A stretch of 64,000 nt of DNA from Alphaproteobacteria bacterium (GCA_965216755.1 CBDCGL010000011.1:1504001-1568000), one strand, 5' to 3'. Shown: positions 43,396-60,772, numbered from the stretch's first letter. Made by a program: numbers and translations. The notes: a model not told the origin generated them from the sequence alone.

Positions 43396-45471
43396 CTAGG
43401 CCAGTTTCGCCCGCATCTCCTCCGCGACCATTTGCGGCACACGCTCATAATGGTCGAAAAACATCGAATATTGTGCCCGGCCCTGAGTCATCGAGCGCAG
43501 GCTATTGACATAACCGAACATAGTGGCCAGCGGCACGAACGCCCGCACAATCGTGGCGTTACCCGTCGGCTCCATGCCCTGAATTTGGCCGCGACGGCTG
43601 TTGAGGTCGCCGATCACGTCGCCCATGTACTCTTCGGGCGTGACGACCTCGACACGCATCATCGGTTCAAGCAAACACGGCGCGCCTTTTTCCACCGCCT
43701 CCCGGAAGGCGGCCCGCGCCGCGATTTCGAACGCCATGACACTCGAATCAACTTCGTGATACGCGCCGTCAGTGACGACTGCCCGAAAGTCGATCACCGG
43801 ATAGCCGGCGACAACGCCACCTTCGGCCGCGCTGACCAGGCCCTTTTCAACGCCCGGCAGGTATTCCTTTGGAATGTTGCCGCCAACGACCTTGCTCTCA
43901 AAGTCAAAACCGGAGCCGGGGTCGCCCGGCTCCAAGCGCATTTTGATGCGCGCGAATTGGCCAGAGCCGCCGGTCTGCTTTTTGTGCGTATAGTCGATTT
44001 CAGCGTCGCGCGTGATTGTCTCGCGATATGCGACTTGCGGCGCGCCAACATTGGCATCGACCTTGAATTCGCGCTTCATGCGATCGACGATGATCTCCAA
44101 ATGCAGCTCGCCCATGCCCTTGATCAGGGTCTGTCCACTCTCGGCATCGCTGGCCACCCGGAACGATGGATCCTCTGCCGCCAGCCGTTGAAGGGCGACA
44201 CCCATCTTCTCCTGATCGGCCTTGGTGCGCGGTTCCACGGCAACCTCGATCACCGGATCGGGAAACTCCATCCGCTCCAGAATCACAGAGTGTTGCGGAT
44301 CGCACAAAGTGTCGCCGGTTGTCGTGCCCTTCAGGCCACACAAAGCAACGATGTCGCCCGCCCGTGCTTCTTTTATGTCCTCGCGATGGTTGGAATGCAT
44401 TTCCAACATGCGACCAATGCGCTCGCGCTTGTCTTTGACACTATTGAGAACCGATTGGCCACTTTCCAATACGCCGGAGTAAATGCGAACAAAGCTTAGG
44501 GAGCCGACAAAGGGGTCATTCATGATCTTGAATGCCAACGCCGCGAACGGCTCGTCATCCGAGCTCTCGCGCTGCATTTCATCCTCGGTGCCCGGTTTTA
44601 CGCCTTTGATCGCTGGCACATCGGTTGGCGCCGGCAAATAGTCGACCACAGCGTCAAGAAGTGGTTGCACGCCTTTGTTCTTAAAGGCCGAACCGTTGAA
44701 CACCGGAACAAAGTCGCCGGCCACGGTCCCGGCGCGAATGCACCGCTTGAGGGTCTCCTCGTCCGGCTCGTTGCCCTCCAGATAGGCCTCCAGGACCGCC
44801 TCGTCTTCTTCGATCGCGGCCTCTATGAGTTTCTCCCGATAAGATCGAGCCTGATCCAGTAGATCGGCCGGAATGTCCTCGGCTTCAAATTCGGCACCAA
44901 GGCTTTCATCCTTCCAAACGATCGCCTTCATGGAAATCAAGTCGATCACGCCCGCGTAATCCTGCTCAGCGCCCAGTGGCAATTGCATGACCAGCGGCTT
45001 GGCACCGAGCCGATCGACAATCATGTCAACGCAGCGATAGAAATCGGCGCCGACTCGATCCATCTTGTTGACCAAACAAATTCGCGGCACGCCATATTTG
45101 TCGGCCTGCCGCCATACTGTCTCGGATTGTGGTTCAACGCCGGCCACGCTATCGAACACGCACACCGCGCCGTCTAAGACCCGCAATGATCGTTCGACTT
45201 CGATCGTAAAATCAACATGACCCGGCGTGTCGATAATGTTGATGCGATGGTCATTCCATGAGCACGTTGTCGCGGCTGAAGTTATCGTGATGCCGCGCTC
45301 TTGCTCCTGCTCCATCCAATCCATAGTGGCAGCGCCATCATGCACTTCACCCAAGCGGTGCGAACGCCCAGTGTAGAACAAGATCCGTTCCGTGGTCGTC
45401 GTCTTACCCGCATCGATATGCGCCATGATGCCAATATTGCGATAGCGTTCGAGAGGCGTTACGCGTGCCAT
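43396..45471 (-). CDS. fusA: elongation factor G
   Basis: [29 protein letters not shown]. Confidence 0.99.
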   Translation of the reverse strand: MARVTPLERYRNIGIMAHIDAGKTTTTERILFYTGRSHRLGEVHDGAATMDWMEQEQERGITITSAATTCSWNDHRINIIDTPGHVDFTIEVERSLRVLDGAVCVFDSVAGVEPQSETVWRQADKYGVPRICLVNKMDRVGADFYRCVDMIVDRLGAKPLVMQLPLGAEQDYAGVIDLISMKAIVWKDESLGAEFEAEDIPADLLDQARSYREKLIEAAIEEDEAVLEAYLEGNEPDEETLKRCIRAGTVAGDFVPVFNGSAFKNKGVQPLLDAVVDYLPAPTDVPAIKGVKPGTEDEMQRESSDDEPFAALAFKIMNDPFVGSLSFVRIYSGVLESGQSVLNSVKDKRERIGRMLEMHSNHREDIKEARAGDIVALCGLKGTTTGDTLCDPQHSVILERMEFPDPVIEVAVEPRTKADQEKMGVALQRLAAEDPSFRVASDAESGQTLIKGMGELHLEIIVDRMKREFKVDANVGAPQVAYRETITRDAEIDYTHKKQTGGSGQFARIKMRLEPGDPGSGFDFESKVVGGNIPKEYLPGVEKGLVSAAEGGVVAGYPVIDFRAVVTDGAYHEVDSSVMAFEIAARAAFREAVEKGAPCLLEPMMRVEVVTPEEYMGDVIGDLNSRRGQIQGMEPTGNATIVRAFVPLATMFGYVNSLRSMTQGRAQYSMFFDHYERVPQMVAEEMRAKLA

Positions 45472-45503
45472 TTCGCCTGACTTCCCGTCCACCTAATCCG
45501 AAT

Positions 45504-45974
45504 TTACCAACGGTAATGCGAGAACGCCTTGTTGGCTTCCGCCATCCGGTGCGTGTCTTCGCGCTTTTTCACTGCCGTGCCACGGTTCGCCGCCGCATCC
45601 AACAATTCGCCAGACAGTCGATCGACCATTGTCTTCTCCGAACGCCGCCGCGCCGCGTCCACCAACCAACGGATGGCGAGTGCCTGCCGGCGATCGGGCC
45701 TCACCTCGATCGGCACTTGATATGTCGCACCGCCGACCCGCCGCGACTTGACTTCGATGATCGGCTTTACATTGTCCAACGCTTCATGAAACACCTTCAA
45801 CGCGTCGCCACCGCCGCGCGACGCGACGCGATCCAGCGCCCCATAGACAATGCCTTCCGCAATCGACTTCTTGCCCGCGTACATGAGCGAATTCATGAAC
45901 TTGGTCAACACAACGTCGCCAAATTTCGGATCGGGCAATACGTCACGTTTTTCAGCTGCTCGTCTGCGGGACAC
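45504..45974 (-). CDS. rpsG: 30S ribosomal protein S7
   Basis: [21 protein letters not shown]. Confidence 0.98.
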   Translation of the reverse strand: MSRRRAAEKRDVLPDPKFGDVVLTKFMNSLMYAGKKSIAEGIVYGALDRVASRGGGDALKVFHEALDNVKPIIEVKSRRVGGATYQVPIEVRPDRRQALAIRWLVDAARRRSEKTMVDRLSGELLDAAANRGTAVKKREDTHRMAEANKAFSHYRW

Positions 45975-46020
45975 GCCTTTGTCTCCTAATGGTCAAATTG
46001 ACACCTAGCCTCGCACGGCC

Positions 46021-46392
46021 CTACTTCGGCCGTTTGGCGCCATATTTGGATCGCCGCTGGCGTCGATCGCCGACACCCTGCGTATCTAACGTACCGCGAA
46101 TGATGTGATAGCGAACGCCGGGCAAATCCTTCACCCGACCACCGCGTATCAGCACGACCGAATGCTCCTGAAGATTGTGACCCTCCCCCGGAATATAGCT
46201 GGTCACCTCGTGGCCATTGGTCAGCCGCACCCGCGCCACCTTGCGCAAAGCCGAGTTCGGCTTTTTCGGCGTCGTCGTATATACGCGCGTGCACACGCCG
46301 CGCTTCTGCGGGCACTGCTCCATCGCTGGAACTTTGTTACGGGTTACCGGCCGCTCCCGGCCCATCCGTACCAACTGGTTGATCGTTGGCAT
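46021..46392 (-). CDS. rpsL: 30S ribosomal protein S12
   Basis: [26 protein letters not shown]. Confidence 0.99.
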   Translation of the reverse strand: MPTINQLVRMGRERPVTRNKVPAMEQCPQKRGVCTRVYTTTPKKPNSALRKVARVRLTNGHEVTSYIPGEGHNLQEHSVVLIRGGRVKDLPGVRYHIIRGTLDTQGVGDRRQRRSKYGAKRPK

Positions 46393-46624
46393 GCCGCCTT
46401 ACCTCTGCGTGTTCACGCTTTCACGTTTCAATGGTTCGCCGGCCCGCAAATCCGAACGCCCGTTCGGTCTGCGGCCCTGTCCTCAAACACCAAGCCGTCG
46501 CGACGTAATACGTCGGACGGCCCAAAATCCGGATCGTGTCTTTCGTCTGGCCTTACCCACCTCTGGCCACGGGCGCAGCGTTTAGACGGACCGCCTACCA
46601 CCTGCCCCGAATTTAGGATGGCGG

Positions 46625-46653
46625 ATACTATGAACGCACCGCCACCCCGTCAA
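46625..46653 (-). promoter_or_regulatory. sigma70 promoter of the str operon
   Basis: Minus strand TTGACG-N17-TAGTAT, ~230 nt upstream of rpsL. Confidence 0.65.
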
Positions 46654-46723
46654 GAGTATTCCAAGTTTTCCGACACTCGCGACTCAATTTTTCCGTGCAT
46701 CGAAACTCCGTGTTCAAAAGCGA

Positions 46724-50917
<4,194 letters not shown>

Positions 50918-50982
50918 CTAACGGTACGCCGGCCTGACCGACGTCACTTGCAACCCTCAGCAGCGCCGTACGGCGCGCACGC

Positions 50983-53900
50983 CTATTCGCTTTGAATCAA
51001 ATCGACATCCAGCCCCAAGGATTGGAGCTCCTTAACCAACACGTTGAACGACTCGGGGATACCGGCTTCGAACGTATCCTCACCACGAACGATGGATTCG
51101 TACGCCTTGGTCCGCCCCGAGACGTCATCCGATTTGACGGTAAGCATTTCTTGAAGCGTGTACGCAGCACCGTAGGCCTGCAGTGCCCACACCTCCATTT
51201 CACCAAATCTCTGCCCACCGAATTGAGCCTTACCGCCCAAGGGTTGTTGCGTGACCAAGCTATATGGCCCAATCGACCGGGCATGAATTTTGTCGTCCAC
51301 CAGATGATGCAGTTTCAGCATGTAGATATACCCGACCGTAACCTTGCGATCGAACGGCTCCCCGGTGCGACCATCGACCAACGTCACCTGCCCGGACACA
51401 TCGAGTCCGGCACGTTCGAGCAAGCTGTTGATGTCGTCTTCGCGCGCGCCATCAAAAACCGGCGTTGCGATCGGCACGCCGTTCTCCAAATTCTTGGCGA
51501 GCTCAGCAACTTGGGAATCATTCAGCGATTGAACCGCGTCTTTCTGACCTTTGTCGCCGTACATGCCCTCAAGTTGCTTACGAAGCTTCTCGGCCGATCC
51601 TTGGCTTTGATAATCTTCGATCAATTCGCCGATCTCGCGACCAATCGCGTGTGTCGCCCAGCCCAAATGCGTTTCCAAAATCTGGCCAACATTCATGCGC
51701 GACGGCACACCGAGCGGGTTGAGCACAATGTCAACCTGCGTACCGTCTTCCAGGTATGGCATGTCTTCGATCGGCACGATGCGCGAAATCACGCCCTTAT
51801 TGCCATGCCGGCCGGCCATCTTATCGCCAGGCTGCAACTTGCGTTTCACGGCAACGAAGACTTTGACCATCTTCAAAACGCCAGGGAGCAACTCGTCGCC
51901 GCTTTGGATCTTTTCGACTTTTTCCTCAAATCGCGCCAGCAATTTGGCGTTGGCATCGTCCAATTCGCGTTTCAGCGACTCAATCGCAGCCATGGTCTTT
52001 TCGTCCTTGACCACGAACTGCCACCACTGACCGTGACTGTATTCGGCCAATACCTCCGCGGTGATCTTCGCGCCTGCCTTGTGGCCTTTCGGACCCGCGA
52101 CCGCATCAGCATCGAGCAGCAACGATTCAAGACGGTCGTAAATGTTGCCTTCGATGATCTTCCGTTCGTCGTCACGGTCCTTGGCCAGGCGATCGATCTC
52201 TGCGCGTTCGATCGCCAAGGCACGTTCGTCCTTGTCGACACCGCGGCGCGAGAATACCCGCACCTCGACAACGGTGCCGGTTACGCCGGGGGGCAATCGC
52301 AGCGACGTGTCCCGCACGTCCGAGGCTTTCTCACCAAAAATCGCACGCAGCAGCTTTTCCTCGGGCGTCATCGGCGATTCGCCTTTCGGCGTAATCTTGC
52401 CAACCAGAATATCGCCAGGCTTAACTTCTGCGCCGATATAGACGATGCCGGCTTCGTCCAGATTCTTTAGCGCCTCTTCGCCGACGTTGGGGATATCACG
52501 CGTGATTTCCTCCGGCCCCAGTTTGGTGTCACGCGCCATGATTTCGAATTCCTCGATATGAATCGAAGTGAACACATCATCGCGGACGATGCGTTCCGAA
52601 ATCAAAATCGAATCCTCGAAATTGTAGCCAAGCCACGGCATGAACGCGACCAACACATTGCGCCCCAGTGCCAGCTCACCCAAATCCGTCGACGGACCGT
52701 CGGCAATGACGTCGCCAGCATCCACCCGGTCACCCACCGCCACCAAGGGCCTTTGGGTGATACACGTATTCTGATTGGAGCGCTGGAACTTCAGCAAATT
52801 GTAAATGTCGACGCCGGCGGTCGTACTGTCGCCGGCATCACTGGTGACACGCACCACAATGCGTCGGGCGTCAACCTGGTCAACCAAACCGCCGCGACGG
52901 GCAATGACGGTGGCCCCCGAATCGCGGGCCACCACTTCTTCCATGCCCGTGCCAACCAATGGCGCCTCGGCCTTCAGGAGTGGCACCGCCTGGCGTTGCA
53001 TGTTAGATCCCATCAGCGCCCGGTTGGCGTCGTCGTTCTCGAGAAACGGGATCAGTGCCGCCGCCACCGACACCAATTGCTTTGGCGATACATCGATGTA
53101 ATCGATCGTATCCGGCGGCACCATGACAAAGTCGCCGTTTCGCCGGCAACTGACCAAATCACGCTCGAAACGCCCATCTGGCGTCAATCGCGCGTTGGCC
53201 TGGGCGATTGTATAGCGCCCCTCGTCCATGGCCGACAGATATTCAACATCGCCACTGATCTGACCATCGATTACTTTGCGGTACGGACTCTCAATGAAGC
53301 CATATTTGTTGACTTGCGCATAAGTTGCCAGGCTATTAATAAGTCCAATGTTTGGCCCTTCCGGCGTTTCAATTGGACAAATGCGGCCATAGTGCGTTGG
53401 ATGTACGTCGCGCACTTCAAAGCCGGCACGTTCGCGCGTCAGCCCGCCCGGACCCAACGCCGAAAGGCGCCGCTTGTGGGTGATTTCCGACAGCGGATTG
53501 GTCTGGTCCATGAACTGGGACAATTGCGATGAGCCAAAGAACTCCCGCACGGCCGCTGCCGCTGGTTTCGCATTGACCAAATCATGCGGCATCACTGCGT
53601 CAATATCGACCGAACTCATCCTTTCGCGGATCGCGCGCTCCATGCGCAACAGACCGACCCGATATTGGTTCTCCATCAATTCACCAACCGAGCGCACGCG
53701 TCGATTGCCAAGATGGTCAATATCGTCAATTTCTCCCTTGCCATCTTTCAGGTCGACCAACGTGCGCACCACGGCAACAATGTCCTCACGGCGCAGCTCG
53801 CGCACTTCGTCCGATGCACTGAGATTGAGCCGGCTGTTCATCTTCACGCGTCCGACGGCTGACAAGTCGTAGCGCTCGGAGCGCTCAACCTTTACGTCGT

Positions 53901-55290
53901 CCTCGTCCAACCAGACCGTCGGCAAGGTCGATGACCGCGGCAACGCGCACGACAGGGCGACGAGAACGCGTCCATCACGGACGTCCAACACCCACGACGC
54001 ACCGTCGAAATCCGCTTTACCCAGAGTCTCGACCACCTCGGCGTCGGCGCCTGCCGCGTGTCGCGCGCCCGCCTCGGGCTTGGTCAGCTTCGCCGGGCTC
54101 AAGAACAAGTCATAAAACAGGCGCTCCGCACTCTCGTCCGTTGGCGGCTCGCCCGGACGCATGACCCGATAGATGTCGGTGAGCGCTTCTTCCCGGGTGT
54201 TGTTCTTGTCCACGGCAAGCGTATCGCGAATATACGAACCAATGCTTTGTCCCAAAATCAGACAAGAGATCTTGTCGATTTTCGATTCAACGATTTTCTC
54301 AAGGATGTCTTGCGTCAAAGCATCGCCGGCCTCGGCATGAATGATGCCGGTTTCCTCGTCCACCACGTCGAAAGCAACAAATTGGTCGACCAATGCCTCC
54401 GGCTCAATCCTGAACTCAGTCAGGCCCGAGTCTTCCAGTTTCTTGGCCGTCCGCGCCGTAATCCGATCACCAGCTTTGGCGACCACCTCACCAGACTTCG
54501 CGTCAACCAGATCATGCAGCAACTTGGTGCCCTTCGCGCGCTCGATGTCGAATGGCGCGCGCCAGCCGTTCTTGTCATGGTGATAGATGACGGTCTCGTA
54601 AAACGCTGACAGTATCTCTTCCGCGGACATGTCCAATGCGCGCAGCAACGTGCCCACCGGCAGCTTGCGACGCCGGTCGATGCGCACATAAACAATGTCC
54701 TTGGCATCAAACTCGAAATCGAGCCAAGATCCGCGATACGGTATGATCCGCGCGGCAAAGAGGTACTTTCCTGACGAGTGGGTTTTTCCACGGTCATGAT
54801 CGAAAAACACACCCGGCGAGCGGTGCATCTGGCTGACAATCACCCGCTCGGTCCCGTTGATGACGAAAGTGCCCTTATCCGTCATCAGCGGCATATCGCC
54901 CATAAAAACGTCTTGCTCTTTGATATCGCGTACGGTGCGCGCGCCGGTGTCCTCGTCGACATCCCAAACAATCAGACGCAGCGTAACTTTCAGCGGCGCC
55001 GCATAGGTCATGCCGCGTTGCTGGCATTCTTCAACGTCATATTTTGGCCGCTCGAACTCGTAGCGCACGAATTCCAACTGCGCGCGATCGGAAAAATCGC
55101 GAATGGGAAACACCGACTTGAACACTTCCTGCAAGCCATACTCGCCCCGGTCTTCATGCCGGGCTTCCTTTTGAAGAAAGTACTCATATGACGTGCGTTG
55201 CACCTCTATGAGGTTCGGCATACTCGCGGCGGCCGAAATCCGACCAAAATTACGACGTATTCTCTTGCGACCCGTGAAAGAAAGGCTCAT
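50983..55290 (-). CDS. rpoB: RNA polymerase beta subunit (carries an extra ~72-aa insertion)
   Basis: [40 protein letters not shown]. Confidence 0.99.
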   Translation of the reverse strand: MSLSFTGRKRIRRNFGRISAAASMPNLIEVQRTSYEYFLQKEARHEDRGEYGLQEVFKSVFPIRDFSDRAQLEFVRYEFERPKYDVEECQQRGMTYAAPLKVTLRLIVWDVDEDTGARTVRDIKEQDVFMGDMPLMTDKGTFVINGTERVIVSQMHRSPGVFFDHDRGKTHSSGKYLFAARIIPYRGSWLDFEFDAKDIVYVRIDRRRKLPVGTLLRALDMSAEEILSAFYETVIYHHDKNGWRAPFDIERAKGTKLLHDLVDAKSGEVVAKAGDRITARTAKKLEDSGLTEFRIEPEALVDQFVAFDVVDEETGIIHAEAGDALTQDILEKIVESKIDKISCLILGQSIGSYIRDTLAVDKNNTREEALTDIYRVMRPGEPPTDESAERLFYDLFLSPAKLTKPEAGARHAAGADAEVVETLGKADFDGASWVLDVRDGRVLVALSCALPRSSTLPTVWLDEDDVKVERSERYDLSAVGRVKMNSRLNLSASDEVRELRREDIVAVVRTLVDLKDGKGEIDDIDHLGNRRVRSVGELMENQYRVGLLRMERAIRERMSSVDIDAVMPHDLVNAKPAAAAVREFFGSSQLSQFMDQTNPLSEITHKRRLSALGPGGLTRERAGFEVRDVHPTHYGRICPIETPEGPNIGLINSLATYAQVNKYGFIESPYRKVIDGQISGDVEYLSAMDEGRYTIAQANARLTPDGRFERDLVSCRRNGDFVMVPPDTIDYIDVSPKQLVSVAAALIPFLENDDANRALMGSNMQRQAVPLLKAEAPLVGTGMEEVVARDSGATVIARRGGLVDQVDARRIVVRVTSDAGDSTTAGVDIYNLLKFQRSNQNTCITQRPLVAVGDRVDAGDVIADGPSTDLGELALGRNVLVAFMPWLGYNFEDSILISERIVRDDVFTSIHIEEFEIMARDTKLGPEEITRDIPNVGEEALKNLDEAGIVYIGAEVKPGDILVGKITPKGESPMTPEEKLLRAIFGEKASDVRDTSLRLPPGVTGTVVEVRVFSRRGVDKDERALAIERAEIDRLAKDRDDERKIIEGNIYDRLESLLLDADAVAGPKGHKAGAKITAEVLAEYSHGQWWQFVVKDEKTMAAIESLKRELDDANAKLLARFEEKVEKIQSGDELLPGVLKMVKVFVAVKRKLQPGDKMAGRHGNKGVISRIVPIEDMPYLEDGTQVDIVLNPLGVPSRMNVGQILETHLGWATHAIGREIGELIEDYQSQGSAEKLRKQLEGMYGDKGQKDAVQSLNDSQVAELAKNLENGVPIATPVFDGAREDDINSLLERAGLDVSGQVTLVDGRTGEPFDRKVTVGYIYMLKLHHLVDDKIHARSIGPYSLVTQQPLGGKAQFGGQRFGEMEVWALQAYGAAYTLQEMLTVKSDDVSGRTKAYESIVRGEDTFEAGIPESFNVLVKELQSLGLDVDLIQSE

Positions 55291-55573
55291 GCCTACTCCT
55301 CAGCTGCCAAATTGCACGCAAAGAAGCGCGCCCACGCACAAACTCTTCGTGCGCGCCGCGCTTCATCTGCTTTGCGGTCGCCCCGCACCCGACAACGCTG
55401 CAACGTGTCAGTGCATGACGACCAAGATTCCCAACGCGTCCCGGATTGAACCGGTTGATAGCGATTTCCGAGCGGCCCCGTCTGCTCCTCCGTCGGCCCG
55501 TTATGGCCGATCTGTGCCCGCCGCCACAGGGTAACGCCCCCTATGGCCGCCCAAGGCGGATTTGACAATCATG

Positions 55574-55954
55574 TTACTTGAGCTCAACGGAGGCACCAGC
55601 CCCTTCAAGCTTCTTCTTCATTTCTTCAGCTTCGTCCTTAGACACGGCTTCCTTCACCGGCTTCGGTGCGCCTTCGACCAAGTCCTTGGCCTCTTTCAAG
55701 CCCAGGCCCGTGATCGCGCGAACTTCCTTGATAACGTTGATTTTCTTCTCGCCAATCGACGCCAAGACAACGTCAAATTCGGTTTTTTCCTCGGCCGCAG
55801 CCGCTTCGCCACCGGCAGCCCCAGGCACAGCGGCCACGGCGACCGGCGCGGCTGCCGACACGCCCCATTTCTCTTCCAGCAATTTCGATAATTCCGCTGC
55901 CTCAATGACAGTCAGAGCCGAAAGATCATCGACTAGCTTTTCCAGGTTGGCCAT
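55574..55954 (-). CDS. rplL: 50S ribosomal protein L7/L12
   Basis: [28 protein letters not shown]. Confidence 0.98.
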   Translation of the reverse strand: MANLEKLVDDLSALTVIEAAELSKLLEEKWGVSAAAPVAVAAVPGAAGGEAAAAEEKTEFDVVLASIGEKKINVIKEVRAITGLGLKEAKDLVEGAPKPVKEAVSKDEAEEMKKKLEGAGASVELK

Positions 55955-56037
55955 CTCAGCTTTAACTCCCGTATCCGAACCCTTGAATTTGAACCTCTGG
56001 TGCCGCTACGCGGCAGTCACACAACGCCATTGCATCC

Positions 56038-56553
56038 CTAGTCATCACCCGTCGCGCCGTAGGCGCCGAGAACCCGGGCCACTTGGCCACCCGGCGCGTT
56101 CAACACGCCGACAACGCGTGAGGCCGGTGTACTCAACAAGCCCACGAGCTTGCCACGCAATTCATCAAGCGATGGCAAGCTCGCCAAATTCTTGACGGCG
56201 TCGGCATCCAGCATCGTTTCCCTGAGCGCACCACCAACAACGATCAGATTTTCGTTGGTCTTCGAAAACTCGACTGCCGCTTTGGCGGCGGCAACCGGAT
56301 CGTCCGAAAATGCGATTGCGGTTGGACCCGTAAACAGATCAGTCAAACCAACAAACGCTGTGCCCTCAAGCGCCCTTTGCGCGAGGCGGTTCTTGGTCAC
56401 CCGGAACTTGGCGTTGGCATCGCGCATCCGACGCCGTAGCGCCGTCGAATCCGCAGCCGTTATGCCAAGATAGTGGGTCACCACCACCAGGTTGGCGTCA
56501 GTGAAGGCCTGGTGCAGCGACGTAACGACGTCTTGTTTACGCGCTCTTTCCAT
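56038..56553 (-). CDS. rplJ: 50S ribosomal protein L10
   Basis: Y.G, LR, V.KNRLA, GPTAIA, LA.LPS. Confidence 0.97.
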   Translation of the reverse strand: MERARKQDVVTSLHQAFTDANLVVVTHYLGITAADSTALRRRMRDANAKFRVTKNRLAQRALEGTAFVGLTDLFTGPTAIAFSDDPVAAAKAAVEFSKTNENLIVVGGALRETMLDADAVKNLASLPSLDELRGKLVGLLSTPASRVVGVLNAPGGQVARVLGAYGATGDD

Positions 56554-56742
56554 TTTCGCTCTCCACCATGTGCCGCCGACCACGGCCAAAGCCGATAGGC
56601 GACGACATTAACAAGGACCTTTGAGACCGCCGTACGCAGGCAGCCACACGGACCCACACGCCTGTCCCAGGGGTTCAGACCGGCAATCAAGCAAAGCCCG
56701 TCGGATCGCACCAACGAACTTGGACCGGATCGGGTCCAACCA

Positions 56743-56815
56743 CTGTCTATGCAGGCCAACCGCTTGCTTAAGTCCGTCGCGGCCAGGCCGCTTGGACACC
56801 TGCAGTCTCGGACAG
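56743..56815 (-). promoter_or_regulatory. L10 leader (rplJ autogenous regulatory RNA)
   Basis: Minus strand CTGTCCGAGACTGCAGGTG...TTAAG...CCTGCATAGACAG kink-stem between rplA and rplJ, matching the known L10 leader pattern. Confidence 0.8.
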
Positions 56816-56891
56816 GATCCACGGCACCCAGTTTGTGCCGCGACTTCGCCCGCCATTGCTGGCAGGTCGAATTGTCTCTTCAATTGGTCAC

Positions 56892-57590
56892 TCAACTCGT
56901 GCCCAACGAACCAACTTCGATTTTCACACCGGCGCCCATCGTTGAACTTAAAGCCGCCTTTTGTAAAAATGTTCCCTTGGCGCCGCTTGGCTTGGCGCGG
57001 TTGATGGCGCCGACAAACGCACGCACATTCTCGGCCAAGGCCTCTTCGCTAAAGCTCGCTTTACCAACGCCGGCATGAACGATGCCATTTTTCTCAACAC
57101 GGAACGTCACCTGGCCACCCTTCGCCGCCTGAACCGCTTCCGCCACGTCATTTGTCACCGTGCCTAGTTTCGGGTTCGGCATAAGCCCGCGCGGGCCAAG
57201 GATCTTGCCCAACCGACCGACGACGCCCATCATGTCCGGCGTCGCGATGCACCGGTCAAACTCGATAACCCCTTTCTGAACTTGCTCGGCCAGATCTTCG
57301 GCGCCGACCAAATCCGCGCCGGCCGCCTTCGCTTCATCAGCTTTGGCGGCTTTAGCGAAAACCGCAACGCGCACTGTCTTACCAGTGCCGTGCGGCAATC
57401 CGACTACGCCACGGACCATCTGATCCGCATGACGCGGATCGACACCCAAGCCAAGCGCAATTTCAACAGTTTCATCGAACCGGGCGCTGGCCCGTTCCTT
57501 AACCATCTTTACCGCATCATCCAACGCATATTGCATATGCCGGTCGATACTTTCGCGAATATCGCGACCACGTTTCGATTTCTTCGACAT
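56892..57590 (-). CDS. rplA: 50S ribosomal protein L1
   Basis: [28 protein letters not shown]. Confidence 0.98.
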   Translation of the reverse strand: MSKKSKRGRDIRESIDRHMQYALDDAVKMVKERASARFDETVEIALGLGVDPRHADQMVRGVVGLPHGTGKTVRVAVFAKAAKADEAKAAGADLVGAEDLAEQVQKGVIEFDRCIATPDMMGVVGRLGKILGPRGLMPNPKLGTVTNDVAEAVQAAKGGQVTFRVEKNGIVHAGVGKASFSEEALAENVRAFVGAINRAKPSGAKGTFLQKAALSSTMGAGVKIEVGSLGTS

Positions 57591-57594
57591 CGCC

Positions 57595-58026
57595 CTAGTC
57601 CACCACCTCGATGCCCATCGAACGCGCCGATCCCGCCAGCATCCGACATGCGGCATCGCTATCGTTCGAATTCAGATCCGCGGCTTTGGCCTCCGCGATT
57701 TCGCGCAGCTGCGCCATAGTTACCTTGCCGACGATGGCGCCACGCCCGCTTTCGCCTGACCCCTTGGCCAATCCAGCCGCCTTTTTTATGTAATAGCTCG
57801 CCGGCGGCGATTTCGTCACAAAACTGAAACTGCGGTCCGCGTACACCGTGATCACAGTCGGGATCGGCATACCCTGTTCCAACTTCTGTGTATCAGCGTT
57901 AAACGCTTTACAGAACTCCATGATGTTGACGCCTTGTTGGCCAAGCGCCGGACCAATCGGTGGCGACGGATTGGCTTGGCCGGCCGGCACCTGTAACTTG
58001 ATGTAGCCACTAATTTTCTTTGCCAT
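57595..58026 (-). CDS. rplK: 50S ribosomal protein L11
   Basis: [25 protein letters not shown]. Confidence 0.98.
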   Translation of the reverse strand: MAKKISGYIKLQVPAGQANPSPPIGPALGQQGVNIMEFCKAFNADTQKLEQGMPIPTVITVYADRSFSFVTKSPPASYYIKKAAGLAKGSGESGRGAIVGKVTMAQLREIAEAKAADLNSNDSDAACRMLAGSARSMGIEVVD

Positions 58027-58048
58027 TTCTTAGCCCTTCTGCTTTGGG

Positions 58049-58081
58049 TGCGTGGTTCGACAATGGCCAGTCTCCCACGCA
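58049..58081 (-). promoter_or_regulatory. candidate L1-binding hairpin in the rplK leader
   Basis: Minus strand TGCGTGGGAG...CGAACCACGCA stem with an asymmetric purine-rich internal loop just upstream of rplK. Confidence 0.55.
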
Positions 58082-58117
58082 TTTCCACCACGACCGCCAC
58101 ACTGGGCGGCGGCGGAG

Positions 58118-58657
58118 TTAGAGTTTTTCGACCTGCGAGTACTCCAGCTCCACTGGCGTCGCACGGCCAAAAATGGATACCGCGACTTTCAAGCGCGCCC
58201 GATCCTCGTCAACATCCTCCACCATGCCGTTGAACGACGTAAACGGCCCGTCGGCGACACGCACCATTTCCCCGACTTCAAAGGTGATCGACGGTTTCGG
58301 CCGGTCCACACCTTCGCGCACCTGCTGCAGAATTCGTTGCGCCTCGGCGTCGGAAATCGGTGACGGTCGGCCGCCGGTTCCCAAAAAGCCGGTCACTTTG
58401 GCTGTGTTCTTCACCAGATGCCAGGTTTCGTCGGTCATGATCATTTTGACGAGCACGTAGCCTGGGAAAAACTTGCGTTCGCTTGATACTTTGTGGCCGC
58501 GGCGCATCTCGACCACTTCCTCGGTCGGCACCAATACCTCTTCAAAGAGATCGCCCATCTCTTTACGATCCGCCTGCTCTCGGATCGCCTGGGCCACCTT
58601 TTTTTCAAACCCGGAATAAGTGTGCACGATGTACCAGCGATGCTGATCCTGCGCCAT
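58118..58657 (-). CDS. nusG: transcription termination/antitermination factor NusG
   Basis: WYIVHTYSG.E, FFPGYVL, GPF..F.G, IFGRATPVEL. Confidence 0.98.
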   Translation of the reverse strand: MAQDQHRWYIVHTYSGFEKKVAQAIREQADRKEMGDLFEEVLVPTEEVVEMRRGHKVSSERKFFPGYVLVKMIMTDETWHLVKNTAKVTGFLGTGGRPSPISDAEAQRILQQVREGVDRPKPSITFEVGEMVRVADGPFTSFNGMVEDVDEDRARLKVAVSIFGRATPVELEYSQVEKL

Positions 58658-58662
58658 TCCGA

Positions 58663-58860
58663 CTACGCCCCAATACCCAGAAAAAACCGCACGCCCCAAG
58701 CCAACACTTGGTCAACCAAGAAAAAGAATATCGCAAGAAAAAACACCATGACGAACACCATCACCGTAGTGACCGTCGTTTCCTTGCGCGTTGGCCATGT
58801 GACCCGGCTGACTTCCTGGCGAACTTGTCTAACGAACTCGCCCGGGCTTGTTTTTGCCAT
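58663..58860 (-). CDS. secE: preprotein translocase SecE
   Basis: F.RQV.QE..RVTWPTRKE plus a TM helix; lies between tRNA-Trp and nusG. Confidence 0.96.
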   Translation of the reverse strand: MAKTSPGEFVRQVRQEVSRVTWPTRKETTVTTVMVFVMVFFLAIFFFLVDQVLAWGVRFFLGIGA

Positions 58861-58980
58861 ACTACCTACTTTACCGACACCCTTGCGGCATCACGCTCTC
58901 CGTGTGCCATCCCTCCGGCGGCATCACCGCATATGCCCCGCCACTTGCCGCCGCGGCCATTCCGCCAATTCCAGAGGCCA

Positions 58981-59056
58981 TGGCAGGAGTGGAGGGACTC
59001 GAACCCCCAGCCCCCGGTTTTGGAGACCGGTGCTCTACCAGTTGAGCTACACTCCT
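58981..59056 (-). tRNA. tRNA-Trp(CCA)
   Basis: AGGAGTGTAGCTCAACTGGTAGAGCACCGGTCTCCAAAACCGG...GGTTCGAGTCC...GCCA cloverleaf. Confidence 0.97.
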
Positions 59057-59081
59057 TCATGATGGCATGATTCCGTAGCCA

Positions 59082-60286
<1,205 letters not shown>

Positions 60287-60456
60287 CCCTTGCCTAACTT
60301 GCGTCCAACTTATTGATGGGCACGTGGTACAACACCGCGCGCCCGGCCAACTAAACCGGCAGTCACGACACAAAAGACGCTACCGCCGAACCGGTCATAT
60401 CGAAGACATCCGAAGCGCTCACTGTGCGTACCACCTTCCGCTTTGGAATGCCGCTT

Positions 60457-60530
60457 TGGAGCGGGTGATGGGAATCGAACCCACGCAACCAGCTTGGAAG
60501 GCTGGGGCTCTACCACTGAGCTACACCCGC
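60457..60530 (-). tRNA. tRNA-Gly(TCC)
   Basis: GCGGGTGTAGCTCAGTGGTAGAGCCCCAGCCTTCCAAGCTGG...GGTTCGATTCC...TCCA. Confidence 0.97.
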
Positions 60531-60623
60531 GCGGCTCGCGCCCAATACGATCGTTAAATGACTCCCTTGAACCCTGCCGCACCATAGCTCGATATGTTTG
60601 GATCAAAACCCTACTCGACACTC

Positions 60624-60709
60624 TGGTGGAGGGGGTAGGATTCGAACCTACGTAGACGTACGTCGGCAGATTTACAGTCTGCTGCCTTTAACCACTCGGC
60701 CACCCCTCC
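60624..60709 (-). tRNA. tRNA-Tyr(GTA)
   Basis: GGAGGGGTGGCCGAGTGGTTAAAGGCAGCAGACTGTAAATCTGC, long variable arm, GGTTCGAATCC...ACCA. Confidence 0.97.
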
Positions 60710-60742
60710 GCCTCAGCGCACAGACGCCAGCAGAGAAGAGGC

Positions 60743-60772
60743 GAAATAAGGGAAATTCAAGCTGTGTGTCAA
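60743..60772 (-). promoter_or_regulatory. candidate sigma70 promoter of the tRNA-Tyr/tRNA-Gly/tuf operon
   Basis: Minus strand TTGACA followed 17-18 nt later by (T)TATTTC. Confidence 0.55.

Noticed and set aside
50992-52470. Long antisense ORFs (492 aa here; also 16740-18002, 43432-44499, 52558-53532, 4195-5160)
   Set aside because: Shadow frames opposite well-conserved genes, expected from GC-rich codon usage; no recognisable motifs
53461-53540. Rifampicin-resistance substitutions in rpoB cluster I
   Set aside because: [25 protein letters not shown] is the usual sensitive-type sequence
53881-54099. RpoB insertion as an intein or palindromic (RPE-like) element
   Set aside because: It starts with Ser and is followed by Ser, but ends in Arg rather than (His)-Asn/Gln and is too short for an intein; no terminal inverted repeat is visible
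58866-59060. Small ORFs over the tRNA-Trp and tRNA-Gly/Tyr regions
   Set aside because: They overlap clear tRNA genes
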